Source: Wallemia ichthyophaga EXF-994 (Eukaryota; Fungi; Basidiomycota). From it: a stretch of DNA of 32,000 nt. The stretch spans positions 1 to 32,000 of the forward strand of contig NW_008806282.1 of the NCBI RefSeq assembly GCF_000400465.1. The letters run 5' to 3'. Below, in pieces: positions 1 through 15,546 of the stretch (positions are counted from its first letter, which is position 1; each line of letters begins with the position of its first letter). Below the pieces are notes generated by a model that saw only the letters and a program-made list of their open reading frames with translations, had not been told where the DNA came from and made no database searches. The position numbers and the translations under genes were made by a program.

Positions 1-299
1 AAGCCCAAACCTTAACAAAACGGATTTTGTATCATAAATATTACAATTATTTCTTAGTCTCTAAAAGTCTATCTTGGATTCATAGTACGGATCCGCCTCC
101 CAACACCGGCTCGTCCTTAGGATAGATGGATGGTATCAAAGGATAATCCTGTTTGTAAATCCTCATGCATCTTTAATGTACAACCAAAAATTGTGAAATC
201 GGGTTAGGTCTATAAATTAGTTCAAATAACCAAGTTGCCAGTGAGTAGAAATATTAGCGTAAGAGGAGAAAGTATGTGGAACAAGTAAAGTAGCCGCGC

Positions 300-2636
300 C
301 TACGTTTTAGAATGATGGAGTAATTTCGGCTTGAAGATGGTGGCAGAATGAGCATCACCTTCAAGCGGAGCGTCATGCGAATATGCTCTGTCTCTCTGTA
401 AAACATGCATTCTCTCCTTAAACACCTCATCGCTGAAATCAGCATCTTTAGCAGGGATAGTGGTAGCGTCGCTCCCACTAGACACAGCCGAGTCGTTGTT
501 CTGCTCCGTCAACTCACTACTGTGTGTGATAATGGGGAAGGGGTACCCATCGATCTCATGTGTTTGGTCTTTCTGCCTGTTCACCTTTTCAGCGGTGCCG
601 TTCAACTCGTGCTCCTTTTCGTTTTCGACTTGGCTTTCATGTCGCTTTTGGTGGCCATATTGGTCGAACTCAGCTTGGTGGTAGTCGATAAGGCCGTGGG
701 GAACGTGCTGCTGGTAATGTGGATATGTTAAATTGTAGACGGGCGGGAACATCGGATTGAAACTAGCACCGGGCGTGCCAGCGGGTGCAGAGGGGCCGTA
801 GTATATCGGTGCTCCTGGCGCTGGGTTTAAGTAAGGGTTGTAGTGAGTACTAGGCGAGGAAACTACCCCTGGACTGAACGGACCTATACCAGGACTCATC
901 ATCTCTGGGACATAGCCGGGTGTTGGCGCTGCGAATGGTCCCAGGTAGAAGCCAGGCATAGAGGGTGTCATCGGTGGCGGGGCAGCCGCTCCTCTCGATG
1001 GTGGCTGGTGTGATAGAGGTTGGAATGAATTGTTGGAGAAGGTCGCAGGTGGAAGAGATATTTTTCCAGGATGTGCTACGCTCTTTGGTGATCTGGCTTC
1101 CGTTTTATTGAATCCATCTTCAAGGCTCAAGTGATCTATCTTTTTAGCTGCTGCCAAGGCAGCATCTGCGTAATCGTTTTGCGCCATTCTAGGTAATGGA
1201 TAGCTGGGTGATGGCTGCGCCCCGGCTGGTGGAGACAACGGCGTTGTGAACGGGGATGACTTGGATACCTCTGATGTATTCGATCCACCTGAGAAACCAT
1301 GCGAGGAAGCTGCCGTGGCTGGCACAATACCTAGTCCTGAACTAGGTGTTGACTGTGCACTGCTATGATTGAAAGAATCTGAGAAGGCATTGCTGCTGAT
1401 TGAAGATGGGGCTGGTGGTCGGGAACTAGTTGAATTGGTGAGAGTGCTCTCCAGATGAACCTTGAGTAGGCGTCCAGCTATCTCAAATCCATCGAACAAC
1501 TGCACAGCTTTGATTGCTTCAGTCTCAACTGCGAACGTCAGCACTGCGTAACCTTTGCTAGAGCCATCTTGGTTGGCAGCAACATCTGATCTAACGACAT
1601 TTCCTGCCGCTCTGAATATATCTTTGAGCTCTTGCCATTGTAGGTTGTAGGCTGGAGATAGGAATCAGAGAGACTGGTGGATCGACAATGGATACTCACG
1701 CAAATTGCAGACAAAGACTGTCCTGCTTGAGTGCGAGGGTGCAGAAGATGGAGTGAGATTAATCTAAAATTGTGAGTTGGACTGCCGGCATTCAAGAGGG
1801 TAAAAAAACGCACCGGAGGAGACAAACCAAGTACCTGCATTGCATGAGCACTAGGAGCAGATATGCCTCTGTTTAAGAGAGGCTCGATGACAGTGCTGGT
1901 ATTGTTATCGGGAAACTGTTGCGCAATGTTTGAATAATTGGAGGATCTATCGATGGTGATACTATCGGAGAGCATCCTCGGTGGAGCCCCAGGATGAGGG
2001 GGGTGAACAGAACCAGGAGCATGCACATGGTTAAATAGCGGCTGGTTCCAGTGGTGTAGCAGATGAGGTGGAATAGCAGCCATCGCGGGACGGATAGACT
2101 GGTTGTGTGGTTGAGATTGAGGGCCAGGTAAATCATATTCAGGTGGCAAGCGATCAGGCCTGACTTCAAGGGTTCTCGTCTGCCAGACGTAGCCGTTGTA
2201 AAGGTCAATAGCTTTAGCGGCGTCGATCTCGGAGCCCATGAGTACGTTGCCGTAGCCTTTACTCCTGTTGTCCAAACCGAGAGCGACATCTGCGCGGAGG
2301 ACGGTACCGGCCTTTCTAAAGAGATCTTTCAAGTCCTGCCAACGAACTCTGTAAGGTAGCTTCGAGGAGATTAGATAACGAGGTGCATCGAGTGATCGAT
2401 GCTCACATTTCCAACGAAAAGATGCGTACGGCCATCTCTTCCAGAAGCGCCAACGCCTGCACCGGGAGTATTCAGTGGAGAATTCCTCAACAAGGCGGCA
2501 GCAGTTTCAGTGGAGGAAGTGGCGCTGCTGATAACTTGATCGATTTCGACGTCCGTAATACCCCTCTATAAAATGAATAAGCGTGTAAATTACTCTGCTT
2601 TAAATTACAAACCTTCAACCCAAATTTATTTGACAT
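300..2636 (-). CDS. Two-RRM RNA-binding protein (Gbp2/Hrb1/hnRNP M-like RRMs) with long Pro/Ser-rich low-complexity regions; 5 exons
   Basis: Spliced read: MSNKFGLK | intron 2612-2566 (47 nt) | RGITDVEID...GRTHLFVGN | LPYRVRWQDLKDLFRKAGTVLRADV...SKGYGNV (RRM1). RRM2 reads RTVFVCNL | PYNLQWQELKDIFRAAGNVVRSDV...SKGYAVLTF...AVQLFDGFEIAGRLLKV. TAG stop at 302-300. Confidence 0.85.
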
Positions 2637-2721
2637 TCGTCGCGGTGTGGAATAACGTAGATCATCAAGCTCGATCTGTAACGCCCACGAGAAATTTAAA
2701 TTATAAATATTAAATAGAATC

Positions 2722-3350
2722 ATGCCACGTAACTCACGCTCTTCTGGTGGTAGTAGACCTTCCGCCTCATCCTCTGCACCAAGAAGCTCTCCATTCGGCT
2801 CTCAGCAAACCAGATCCGCCAGCACAGCAGCTCCAGCATACGGTGCACAACGTTCGAGTGGGTGGTTATTGCTCAACCACGTGCATTATCTCACATGCCC
2901 TAGATTACGCTCAACAGCAATCACACCCACAGCCTCAACAACAAGCTCAGCCAGCAGCAGCTCCTAGTGCCGGTGGCTCAATGATGGGCAATATCGCTTC
3001 AACTGCTGCCGGTGTAAGTTGCCGCAGCTCTTCTCATGAAAATCCACTGATTAGTAATCTGTTTTTAGGTTGCCGCCGGACATGGTCTGTCTAATATGCT
3101 TTTCGGCGGTTCTTCCAGCCAGCCAGCTCCTGTTGAGCAGCAAGCCCAGCCTCAACAACAGCCACAGCAACAGCAGCAACCACCTGTGTGTGAGACTCAA
3201 GCCAAGGACTTTGTTACTTGCTTGAACGCCACAGGCGACGTAAACAGCTGCTCTACGCTGTTAGACTTACTCAAGGTGAGAATTCTGGCTAATTAATTAC
3301 CTTTCTAATCTGTCAAATAGTCTTGTCAAGCAGCTGCGGCACCTTATTAG
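2722..3350 (+). CDS. MIX17: Mitochondrial intermembrane-space CHCH protein, Mix17/CHCHD2/CHCHD10 family; 4 exons
   Basis: MPRNSRSSGGSRP... presequence-like N-terminus; hydrophobic GSMMGNIASTAAGVAAGHGLSNMLFGG segment across an intron; twin CX9C (CETQAKDFVTC...CSTLLDLLK|SC); ends SCQAAAAPY-TAG at 3350. Confidence 0.9.
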
Positions 3351-3746
3351 ACTTGATTACTGCTGAAATATAGACAACGACATGTAACACACCACTACTC
3401 ATTTATCCATGACGTATATATTGATTGAATTTCTCATAATTCACACTGTGCTTTAACTGGAATGTCGCTGACTTATGTCACATCACCATTGATTTCTGTT
3501 TGTGGCGGTTTGAGCCGGGTTTTTGGAGCAGCAAAGCCACAGCAATATACATACACCCAGAATTACCCCTAAATTCCTAACTAATCATCGTATAAATATA
3601 AATCTGCAGCTTACCAACTAAGGTTCGAGTGACACAGCCAGCTGTCAGACACATTCCAATCCCCAAACTCTGGAATGTGACAACAGAGCGCTTAAATTGG
3701 TCCTACCCTTCTCTTGTTCTTTTATTTTCTTCCCTTCCGACCAAAA

Positions 3747-4734
3747 ATGTCAAACAACTTAAGATCGTCGAGTCCCTCTGATAGATTCATCAAGCCACAC
3801 TTGCCACCACTACAGCACAAAAGACCTTCGCCACCTGAATCTGATGATTCTGATGATGATCACTTCACCTTCAGTCCCGTCAACTCCCCTGCACTTAATT
3901 CTGGCACTTTTACAAACGGCAACAGGAAATTTGTTTTGACTCCAGCGCATGAATTCTACTACAGACAGAAGCTACTATCATTGGCTAGAGTGGGTTGTTC
4001 ACTCATAACACACTCCCTTGCTAACATCACCCAAGACACAATTCAAAACTGTCAACGACTACAGTACGCACGTCACAGCAATTGTACAAAAATTAATGGC
4101 TGCCGGTGTACGCCTCACTGAAACAGAAGCTACACACGCCTACATACGTGGACTACCCAATGTCACTGCTCAAGCTGTACTCTCTTCACTAGAAAATGGA
4201 ACCTCTTTTACAGGTGTACAGATACTGACGCAGTCAGTCGAAGAGGCACGATCATCTGCTGTTATGGCTGGTCAGTACGCAGCTGAGCAAGCCACCGAGC
4301 CTTCAGCCGAGCCAGTCGAGACACGCGCAAAGAAACCATCGACGAGCTCTAATCGCAGAGTTAGATACAGATCACACTCAGTTACTACGCAACCAACTTC
4401 CAATCACCTTATGACATCCCTCACTTCCACGCCTCAGACTTCCACCATGTCTAGACCTCGCTCTATTGCATTCCCTAAAACTCACAGACCGAGTATGTCG
4501 AATACGAACGATATATACGACTCAGATAGGACGCCGGTGTCTGACTCGCTGCCCAAGTTCACTCCACTTAGCCCTCCTTCACAATCTTTGCTAAGCCAGA
4601 CTGAAAATTTGTCTATTTGCTCGCCATCGAGACATCCAAGGCCTGTCGCACGAAGATCGCCGTACGCTTCCCCCACTAAGTCCTCACCAGTCAAGGCAGA
4701 AGGCACGTTTGGATTGGGTTTGGGGTTGCAATGA
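3747..4734 (+). CDS. Hypothetical protein with a Ty1/Copia gag capsid-like (Retrotran_gag_2/UBN2-like) segment and S/P-rich flanks; 2 exons
   Basis: ATG 3747; phase-0 intron 3990-4035 (GTGGGT...GCTAAC...CAAG) joins KLLSLAR to TQFKTVNDYSTHVTAIVQKLMAAGVRLTETEATHAYIRGLP; stop at 4734. Confidence 0.7.
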
Positions 4735-4904
4735 GCATAATATCAACATATTGGATGTAAATATAGTTAGGAATTACGGACAATTTGGATATCTGCAAAC
4801 TTAGCTCTATATTCCACTCTCACTTTTACTCTTCACGACCTATTTTCACTTTATTTTCACTCTATTTTGTAACAACAAATGAATATAGAATCAATTAAAA
4901 AAGT

Positions 4905-5546
4905 TTAGAGTATAGAAAGTGCAGCACTCATAGCGAGAGCAGCAGTCAAGGCAGAGATTGTAGCTGTGCTTGCGTTAGAATCGTCATCATCAGTGCTAGC
5001 ATTGTTGCTGGAAGCTGATGGACTGGCAGACGCAGGAACGGTAGCTGATGCATCTGGATATGCGCTGCCTTCAGGTTTGATTTCGAACTCTTCGGATTTC
5101 GCAAACTCCTTGTTCTGGTCTGTTGGGTCGGCGAAAACAAGAACATAACCCTTGCCTGGGCTGAGATTAACGCCTGCGTTGCTATCGATTTGGTATGAAC
5201 CGCGGTCTGATTCTATAATGCCGGTTACTGCCGCTTGTCTGGAGATTTTGTAAGTTGAAAAGGTGGTGTACGAGCATTACATTAAACTCACTTGGATGGC
5301 AAGACATCCTCGTCATCGTTCTTGATGATAGTGATGAACTGTTCGGGATCCTTTGAGAGTATATTTAGCGCTCTCAGTATTTCAGACACCTCTTTAACTC
5401 ACCGATTCACTCGATGTCGTCCACGCGAACGTCTGAGAATCTGAGTCAATCCACCAGTTCTTTGAATTTGGGACGGTGATAGTGATCTTTGCGAGTGTAG
5501 TGTACACGAGTGACAGAATAGTAAGTGTGAAAAGTGTTAATTGCAT
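4905..5546 (-). CDS. Secreted, probably GPI-anchored Ser/Thr-rich cell-surface protein (Kre9/Knh1-N-like Ig-type domain); 3 exons
   Basis: Signal peptide MQLTLFTLTILSLVYTTLA, then KITITVPNSKNWW...FAWTT, GKGYVLVFADP, an S/A/D-rich stalk and a hydrophobic tail ATISALTAALAMSAALSIL; TAA at 4907-4905. Confidence 0.75.
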
Positions 5547-5813
5547 CTTAAGTGATCTTTGTGATTAATGCAAGCGTTATCTGAGAAAGGAGTGTGAAAA
5601 TTTGGCTGATTATATAGTTCTGAACGTTGATTTAAAAGGCGTAAACTCAGTCTCAGCCTGTGGATATTAAATTTTGGATTCACACTAGTCTCATCTTCAA
5701 ACAGCATTCCGATCATTCAAACGGCCTCGAATTATTACTAGCACATGATAACGACAATAACACAGCTATTAATATAAACAATGCATATGATAGAAATATA
5801 AAAGCGCTGTCAT

Positions 5814-6626
5814 CTACATAGCTAATTGGGCTTGTAACTGTCTGAGTTCCTCGTCCTCGTCGTCTTCCTGGTCTTGAGAGTGCGGAGGAGCAGCGTTCGA
5901 AGGGGCTGGTGGTATATAGCCGCTCGAGCTGGCTTGTGCTGGTTGAGCGGGTGTCTGAGCAGCAGCGGGTGTGTGCATAGGCGCCCTTTCCGCGCCCAAG
6001 AGCCTATTATTCAGCTCATCCTGCTCGAGCTGCTCGAGCTCAACATTCAACTCATCCTCATCAACAGGGTCGTGATGCACGGGGTTCGATATCGCGTCAG
6101 AGATCTCATTGGTCAAATCCATTTGTTCGCGAATGCTGTCCATCGTGTTGTCCACCTTGTCTATATTGAGATTACCGTGTATTGATTTCAAAGCATCCGA
6201 GCCCTTCTTCATAGCGTTGATCGTCTCGAGGTTCATATTGGCAGATTCGAGTGCATTGACTTGCGACTCAAGCGTCAGTCTCGTTCCTGCGATTCTATCC
6301 AACTCCCCTTCGAATGCTTTCTTCTGGCGCAAGGCAGCCGTCGCGACTGTTAAAAGCATTCGTCAGCAAGATACGTCGATTGAGATGGGCAATTGACGTA
6401 CGGCGTTTGTTAGTCGTGGCATTTGACTTGGCCTTCTTTAATTCTTCGTCTATTTTCTTATTCAAGTGCTCCTCCTTCTTGTCGAGCATCAATAGCTGCG
6501 ATCTCAGCCCCACTATCGCATCTCGAGCACTTCCCCTATTATCCTTCTTGCCTGCAATTTGATTTAATTTGAATCTCCTGCGTATCTCCCTCACATACCA
6601 ACTATCCATGACATCCACGAGCTCAT
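5814..6626 (-). CDS. SNF7: ESCRT-III subunit Snf7/Vps32; 3 exons
   Basis: MSSWMSWIVG|KKDNRGSARDAIVGLRSQLLMLDKKEEHL...ALRQKKAFEGELDRI...LESANMNLETINAMKKG...; acidic C-terminus ending EELRQLQAQLAM. Confidence 0.95.
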
Positions 6627-6692
6627 TTTAGTTTTTTTTGGTTCTTGGTCGTTTATCAAAAGCGTGCGTCCCGCTTCTTATTTCTTATCACT

Positions 6693-6716
6693 GAGCGACG
6701 CGAGGCTGCGACGCGT
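6693..6716. promoter_or_regulatory. Two MCB-like (ACGCGA/ACGCGT) boxes in the 118-nt SNF7/SMC3 divergent promoter
   Basis: GAGCGACGCGAGGCTGCGACGCGT directly upstream of SMC3. Cohesin genes are established MBF/G1-S targets in ascomycete yeasts; function here is inferred. Confidence 0.55.
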
Positions 6717-6744
6717 GCCCAATTAATTTATAATTATACCAGAG

Positions 6745-10504
<3,760 letters not shown>

Positions 10505-10574
10505 ATGGCACTTGTATGTCTTGAAAATGAAAATGTATTAAAAGCCTTGCAGTTGAGACAAAAGCCTTAGTCGC

Positions 10575-10941
10575 CTAAACCTTATCGCCTAAACCTCTAT
10601 CCTTCAACTTCCTATGGAGTACTGATTCTATTGGGCAGCTATCAATCTTCTGTTGTGTTTTGTTGTAATGACGTCCACAGCAAATGTATAATTCGTCGAT
10701 TATCTGTCGGCGATGTAAGTTGTTAAGAGCATTGCCAATGACTCAGGCTCACGTTCTCGCACCTCGATTGCTGATAGTCATTCTTCATAAGGCAGCCTTG
10801 CAGCTTGCAAGCTTCGAGCTCGTCAGCGTTGGCGAGGACATGGAGGGAAGCGACGCACCAAGACGATGACAAGCGTCCGGTTTCTATAAAACAGGTTATT
10901 TTGTATTCTATTTGGCATAAATTTGTGCGTACATCGCCCAT
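10575..10941 (-). CDS. CMC4: Twin CX9C mitochondrial protein Cmc4 (MTCP1/p8 family), 73 aa, 4 exons
   Basis: Splicing three GT-AG introns gives MGD|KPDACHRLA|CKLQGCLMKNDYQQSRCEN|IIDELYICCGRHYNKTQQKIDSCPIESVLHRKLKDRGLGDKV*, with C8-x9-C18 and C29-x9-C39 plus the extra C13/C40/C54 typical of Cmc4. Confidence 0.9.
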
Positions 10942-10979
10942 TTTTAAAGGTTATTTTCTTAACTGCAACAGCGAAGAAG

Positions 10980-12926
10980 ATGTCAGGTTAGCCAAGGCGT
11001 GTGTAAAATGAATCAAATTAACAAATGCTGCCAGGACATCCAGTCTACGTAGACGAATTGGCAACAGTGGAGCAGCCATCTGGCACGCCTGTCCAGCCAT
11101 ACAAGTCGGTGGTGGAGATACTCACACAGACACCTGATGCTGCCATCTTCACAGTCAAGAAGCCTGAAGAGGGCGAGCCATCTCTTAAACCTCTGTCTCA
11201 GCGTACAGAAGCCGACTATGCTCCCATCTCTGGTGCTGCTTTGAAGAAAGCGAAGAAGACAGTTGAAGTTAACGCTAAGAATGCTGCAAAGAAGGCTCAA
11301 AACAAGGACAGACTTGACAAGGAGGAGTCTGACAGAGCTCAGAGAGAGCAAAAGCGCATCGAAGAAGCCAAAAAGGTTGTGCTCACATTAGACGACTCAC
11401 TGCCAAAACCAACAAAGGCAAAGGTTTATCAATTGGAATCAAAACGTGATCAACGTATCAAGATTTCAGGTTGGGTGCACAGACTTAGAGCTCAAAAGGG
11501 TATGACTTTCATCATTCTTCGTGACGGTACCGGCTACCTTCAAGTAGTTTTGTCTGGAAAGTGCACAGAGACTTTCGATGCTCTCACACTTTCTATTGAA
11601 TCATCTATCGAAGTCGTCGGTACACTCAAAGCTGTCAAGGAAGGCCAGTCAGCTCCAGGCAACCATGAATTGGTAGCTGACTTCTGGAAAGTCCTCGGTA
11701 AAGCTCCAGCTGGTGATGAAGCATTCACCAACAAAGTCAACAAAGACTCTGACCCTTCAATTCAAGCTGATTTGAGACACTTGATGTTGCGTGGTGAGAC
11801 TGCTTCAAATGTTATGAAAGCTAGATCTGCAGTACTTAGTGCATTTAGAGACGTCTTTAAGGATATGCGTGTTCTTGAAGTCACCCCTCCATGCATGGTT
11901 CAAACTCAAGTCGAGGGTGGTGCAACCTTGTTCAAATTTGATTACTACGGTACACCAGCATTCTTGACACAGTCCTCACAACTTTATTTGGAAACATGTT
12001 TGGCTAGTTTAGGTGATGTCTTCTGTGTTCAAGAATCATTCAGAGCTGAGAAGTCACTCACCCGTCGTCATTTGTCTGAGTACACGCACTTGGAAGCTGA
12101 ATTAGCATTCATCGACTTCTCAGACCTCCTTGACCACATCGAAGAGGCTATCTGTGGTGTTATTGATATTGTTCTCGCTGACCCAGCCATCTCTGCTATT
12201 ATCAACGAGCTTAACCCAGGCTTCCAAAAACCAAGCCGTCCATTCATGAGATTGGACTACAAAGATGCAATCAAGTGGTTGCGAGACCATAACATTCAAA
12301 AGCAGGATGAAGATGCAAACGGTGACAAGATCTTCTTGGCTGACGGCTCACCACAAATGTCAGATCATCAAGTCGGCGATGATATCGCTGAAGCTGCTGA
12401 AAGAAAGATGGTTGACACACTCAACGTTCCTGTCTTCCTTACTGGTTTCCCCAAGGACATTAAGGCATTCTATATGAAGAAGGTACCGGGTGATGAGAAC
12501 TTTACTGAGGCTGTCGATTTGCTTATGCCTAACGTTGGTGAGATTGTTGGTGGATCTATGCGTATCAGCGACTATGATGAGCTTATGGCTGCGTACAAAC
12601 ACGAAGGCATTGATCCTGCTCCTTACTACTGGTGGGTTAAAAGTGATTATTGTTCATCACTTTGCTAATAATTTTTGAAGGTACACTGATCAACGTCGAT
12701 TCGGAACTCCTAACTCAGGTGGGTTGAGGTGTTTTAAGTGAGATTGAGAATGAAACTGATAAACTTGTAGGAGGTTATGGTCTTGGTTGTGAGAGATTGC
12801 TTGCATGGCTGCTCAACAGATTCACTGTTAGAGACTGCAGTCTGTATCCAAGGTATGTATTGTCATTGTCTCTTTTCAAAACTCACGCTCCGTTTCAACA
12901 GATACACTGGTCGCTGCACACCTTAA
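10980..12926 (+). CDS. DED81: Cytosolic asparaginyl-tRNA synthetase
   Basis: OB fold (ISGWVHRLRAQKGMTFIILRDGTG), QSSQLYLE, FRAEKSLTRRHLSEYTH, GGYGLGCER, ending YPRYTGRCTP-TAA at 12926. Start is probably MSG at 10980 via an intron (alternative ATG at 11025). Confidence 0.93.
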
Positions 12927-12972
12927 AGCACACCTTTTTGAAAATTATACATTTCTACTATTGCATCATAAG

Positions 12973-14887
12973 CTACTTTTTGGGTACAATCTCTATCATT
13001 CTCATTGGAATACCATGGGTCTTGAGCACATCAATCACAATTCTTATCTTGTCACCTTGAACAATCACCTCTAATTCCTTTGGATTGTTCTGCATTGGAC
13101 TAGTCGTTGTACTACTGGCGCAAATAACTTTGAGTGAGTTAGCAAGATGATCCATTTTCAACTCGAACTCCTTGAAAGGTCCGCTGAGATGTGTTGTGAC
13201 TTTTTTGCCTTGACGTTGTTTAATCTGTAGCTTGAAGTGTGCTAGCTGACCCTTGATCACTCTACTACTACCGTCTTGTTGAGTCAATCTGGTGAATGGC
13301 TGCATATGCTGAATGATGCGTCCGTTAATTTCTTGACGTGGTATAAAGTCACTGTCGTCGAATGACACTTTGCTCTTCTTGTTTTGATTACTTGGTTTAG
13401 CGTATAGCATATTTGCAAAGTCCTCATTGTTCTTCCCAAGGACATACGCATGATCAGCTGGGTGAATGAGGTTGTTTGATTCTATAAAAGAGTTTGCGAT
13501 GCTTCTGATTTGGCTTGCGGTCAAATAATCATCAGATTTGACGCCTGCGGTAGTGAGCCACTCCCTCACAACCCCTTTAGGAGCCAAGTAGACATCCTCG
13601 ACAATGTAACCGACATTCTTAGTGTGGTTGTTGGTGCAGGGTTCCTCCTCAAACTGCTTTGTGCGCTTTTCATTCTGCTTCTCGGCAGCTGCTACTGTTT
13701 TGTGTCCTCTCCATTGTTTCACTAGTGGGTGTAAGCTATTGATTCGCGTTATGGTGATATTCGATTTATGCTCTTTGAAGGATAGGAGATCTTCCTTCTC
13801 CATTGCTTTCAGGAATTTTGTGGCTTTCTTGTAGCTGCTGTTCTTCAGCTCTGTGAGATTGGGATGTATCCTTGAAGAGCGATTGGGGAGGATATGTGCG
13901 GAGAGCAAGGTGGAGACTTGCATTGGTAGCTCTGCATTCTGTAACGAGGATGAGATGGCGTGGACGAGAGCGTTTCTAAGCATTTCGTCAACATCTGAAA
14001 ATGTGTGGTATGTTAGGCTTTATGAAGGCGTGGATTAAGTCAACGCACCAATGGCTGACAGATCAACGTGCTGGAAATCGCGTTCATCTCTTACATCCAG
14101 CTGCTCGACTTGAGCTGGCAGACTATCACTTTGATCTGCGTTAGTGTCGACGTCTTGAACATCTTCAATCTCGCTATCGCTGTCGCTATCGAATAGAACA
14201 TCTTGTCTATGCCCGTCGGGAATTTGCTTTGGCTGTGTACCTACGAGCCACAGCGAATCATTAATAGAGTGGGTGATAAGCACCGCTTTGCCTGTGGCTT
14301 CTAGGTTCATTTGGGAAGTTGGCATGGCAGTTCTGCCTACGCAGACAGGTGCTGCATTTGCGCCGTGGTCTGCTACAGCAACCAGAGCGCCTTCTTGGAC
14401 ATGAGGAAGGCTATTGGGGTCATTTTTGAGCGCCACGCCCGGTGCCATGAGATCAGCGCCAGTTGATATCTTATCAATCACGAAAGACCACGTCGTAATC
14501 ACAGGAAGGAGAGTAGGCTTTTTGAAGAGAGTGTACACTGTGGAGCGAGTTAGTGCGGGCTATCCTAAGAAGTGCGCCCACTCACCACTCGGTATGAACT
14601 CGTCTTCTGCCTTCCCAATCGCTATCCATAGTGGATCGTTGCTGGTAGCGCTGTATATAAGCTTGTAAGAGGAGTGAGTGGTGTTTAGGAATCGGAGAAG
14701 GTTCCAAACACACCGCATTTTCACCGTTGTAGGTTTTTATGCGCATCACTGAAACTACATCCGGGAGGAGCAGCTTGGCATCGTCGTCACTGAGCTTGTA
14801 TTGCTCCTGTAGCTTGTTACGCAGCTTCTTGCGGTCCGAGTTCTTCAGCGTCGTCTGAGGTTTGGCAGTGAAAGGTTTTTTGAACAT
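12973..14887 (-). CDS. TMA64: Translation factor eIF2D/Tma64 (ligatin): pre-PUA, PUA, SWIB-like and SUI1 domains
   Basis: MFKKPFTAKPQTTLKNSDRKKLR start; GADLMAPGV PUA motif; C-terminal SUI1 (RQGKKVTT...CASSTT...EVIVQGD); stop at 12973. Confidence 0.9.
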
Positions 14888-14981
14888 GAGTGAGAGGTTA
14901 CATCATAATCAATACATAACTTTGCTTACAAAAAGAAGATAAAAAGAATAAAGACGTAAAACACAGCCCAAGACGCGTATT

Positions 14982-15430
<449 letters not shown>

Positions 15431-15546
15431 CTAGCCTCATTTATAATATCGGGAGGCGGCTGAGTGACGTGGAGAATTGATTATGCTGGGACCACCGTTG
15501 AACAGGTACACTCAGTTATATATCAAGTTATATACATAGAACACAA

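Noticed and set aside
1-299. Possible gene end or small gene at the left edge
   Set aside because: Only very short frames, with no recognisable protein or splice pattern.
10571-10596. Direct repeat TCGCCTAAACCT x2
   Set aside because: It spans the CMC4 last codons and stop; a trivial local duplication, not a CRISPR or mobile-element signature.
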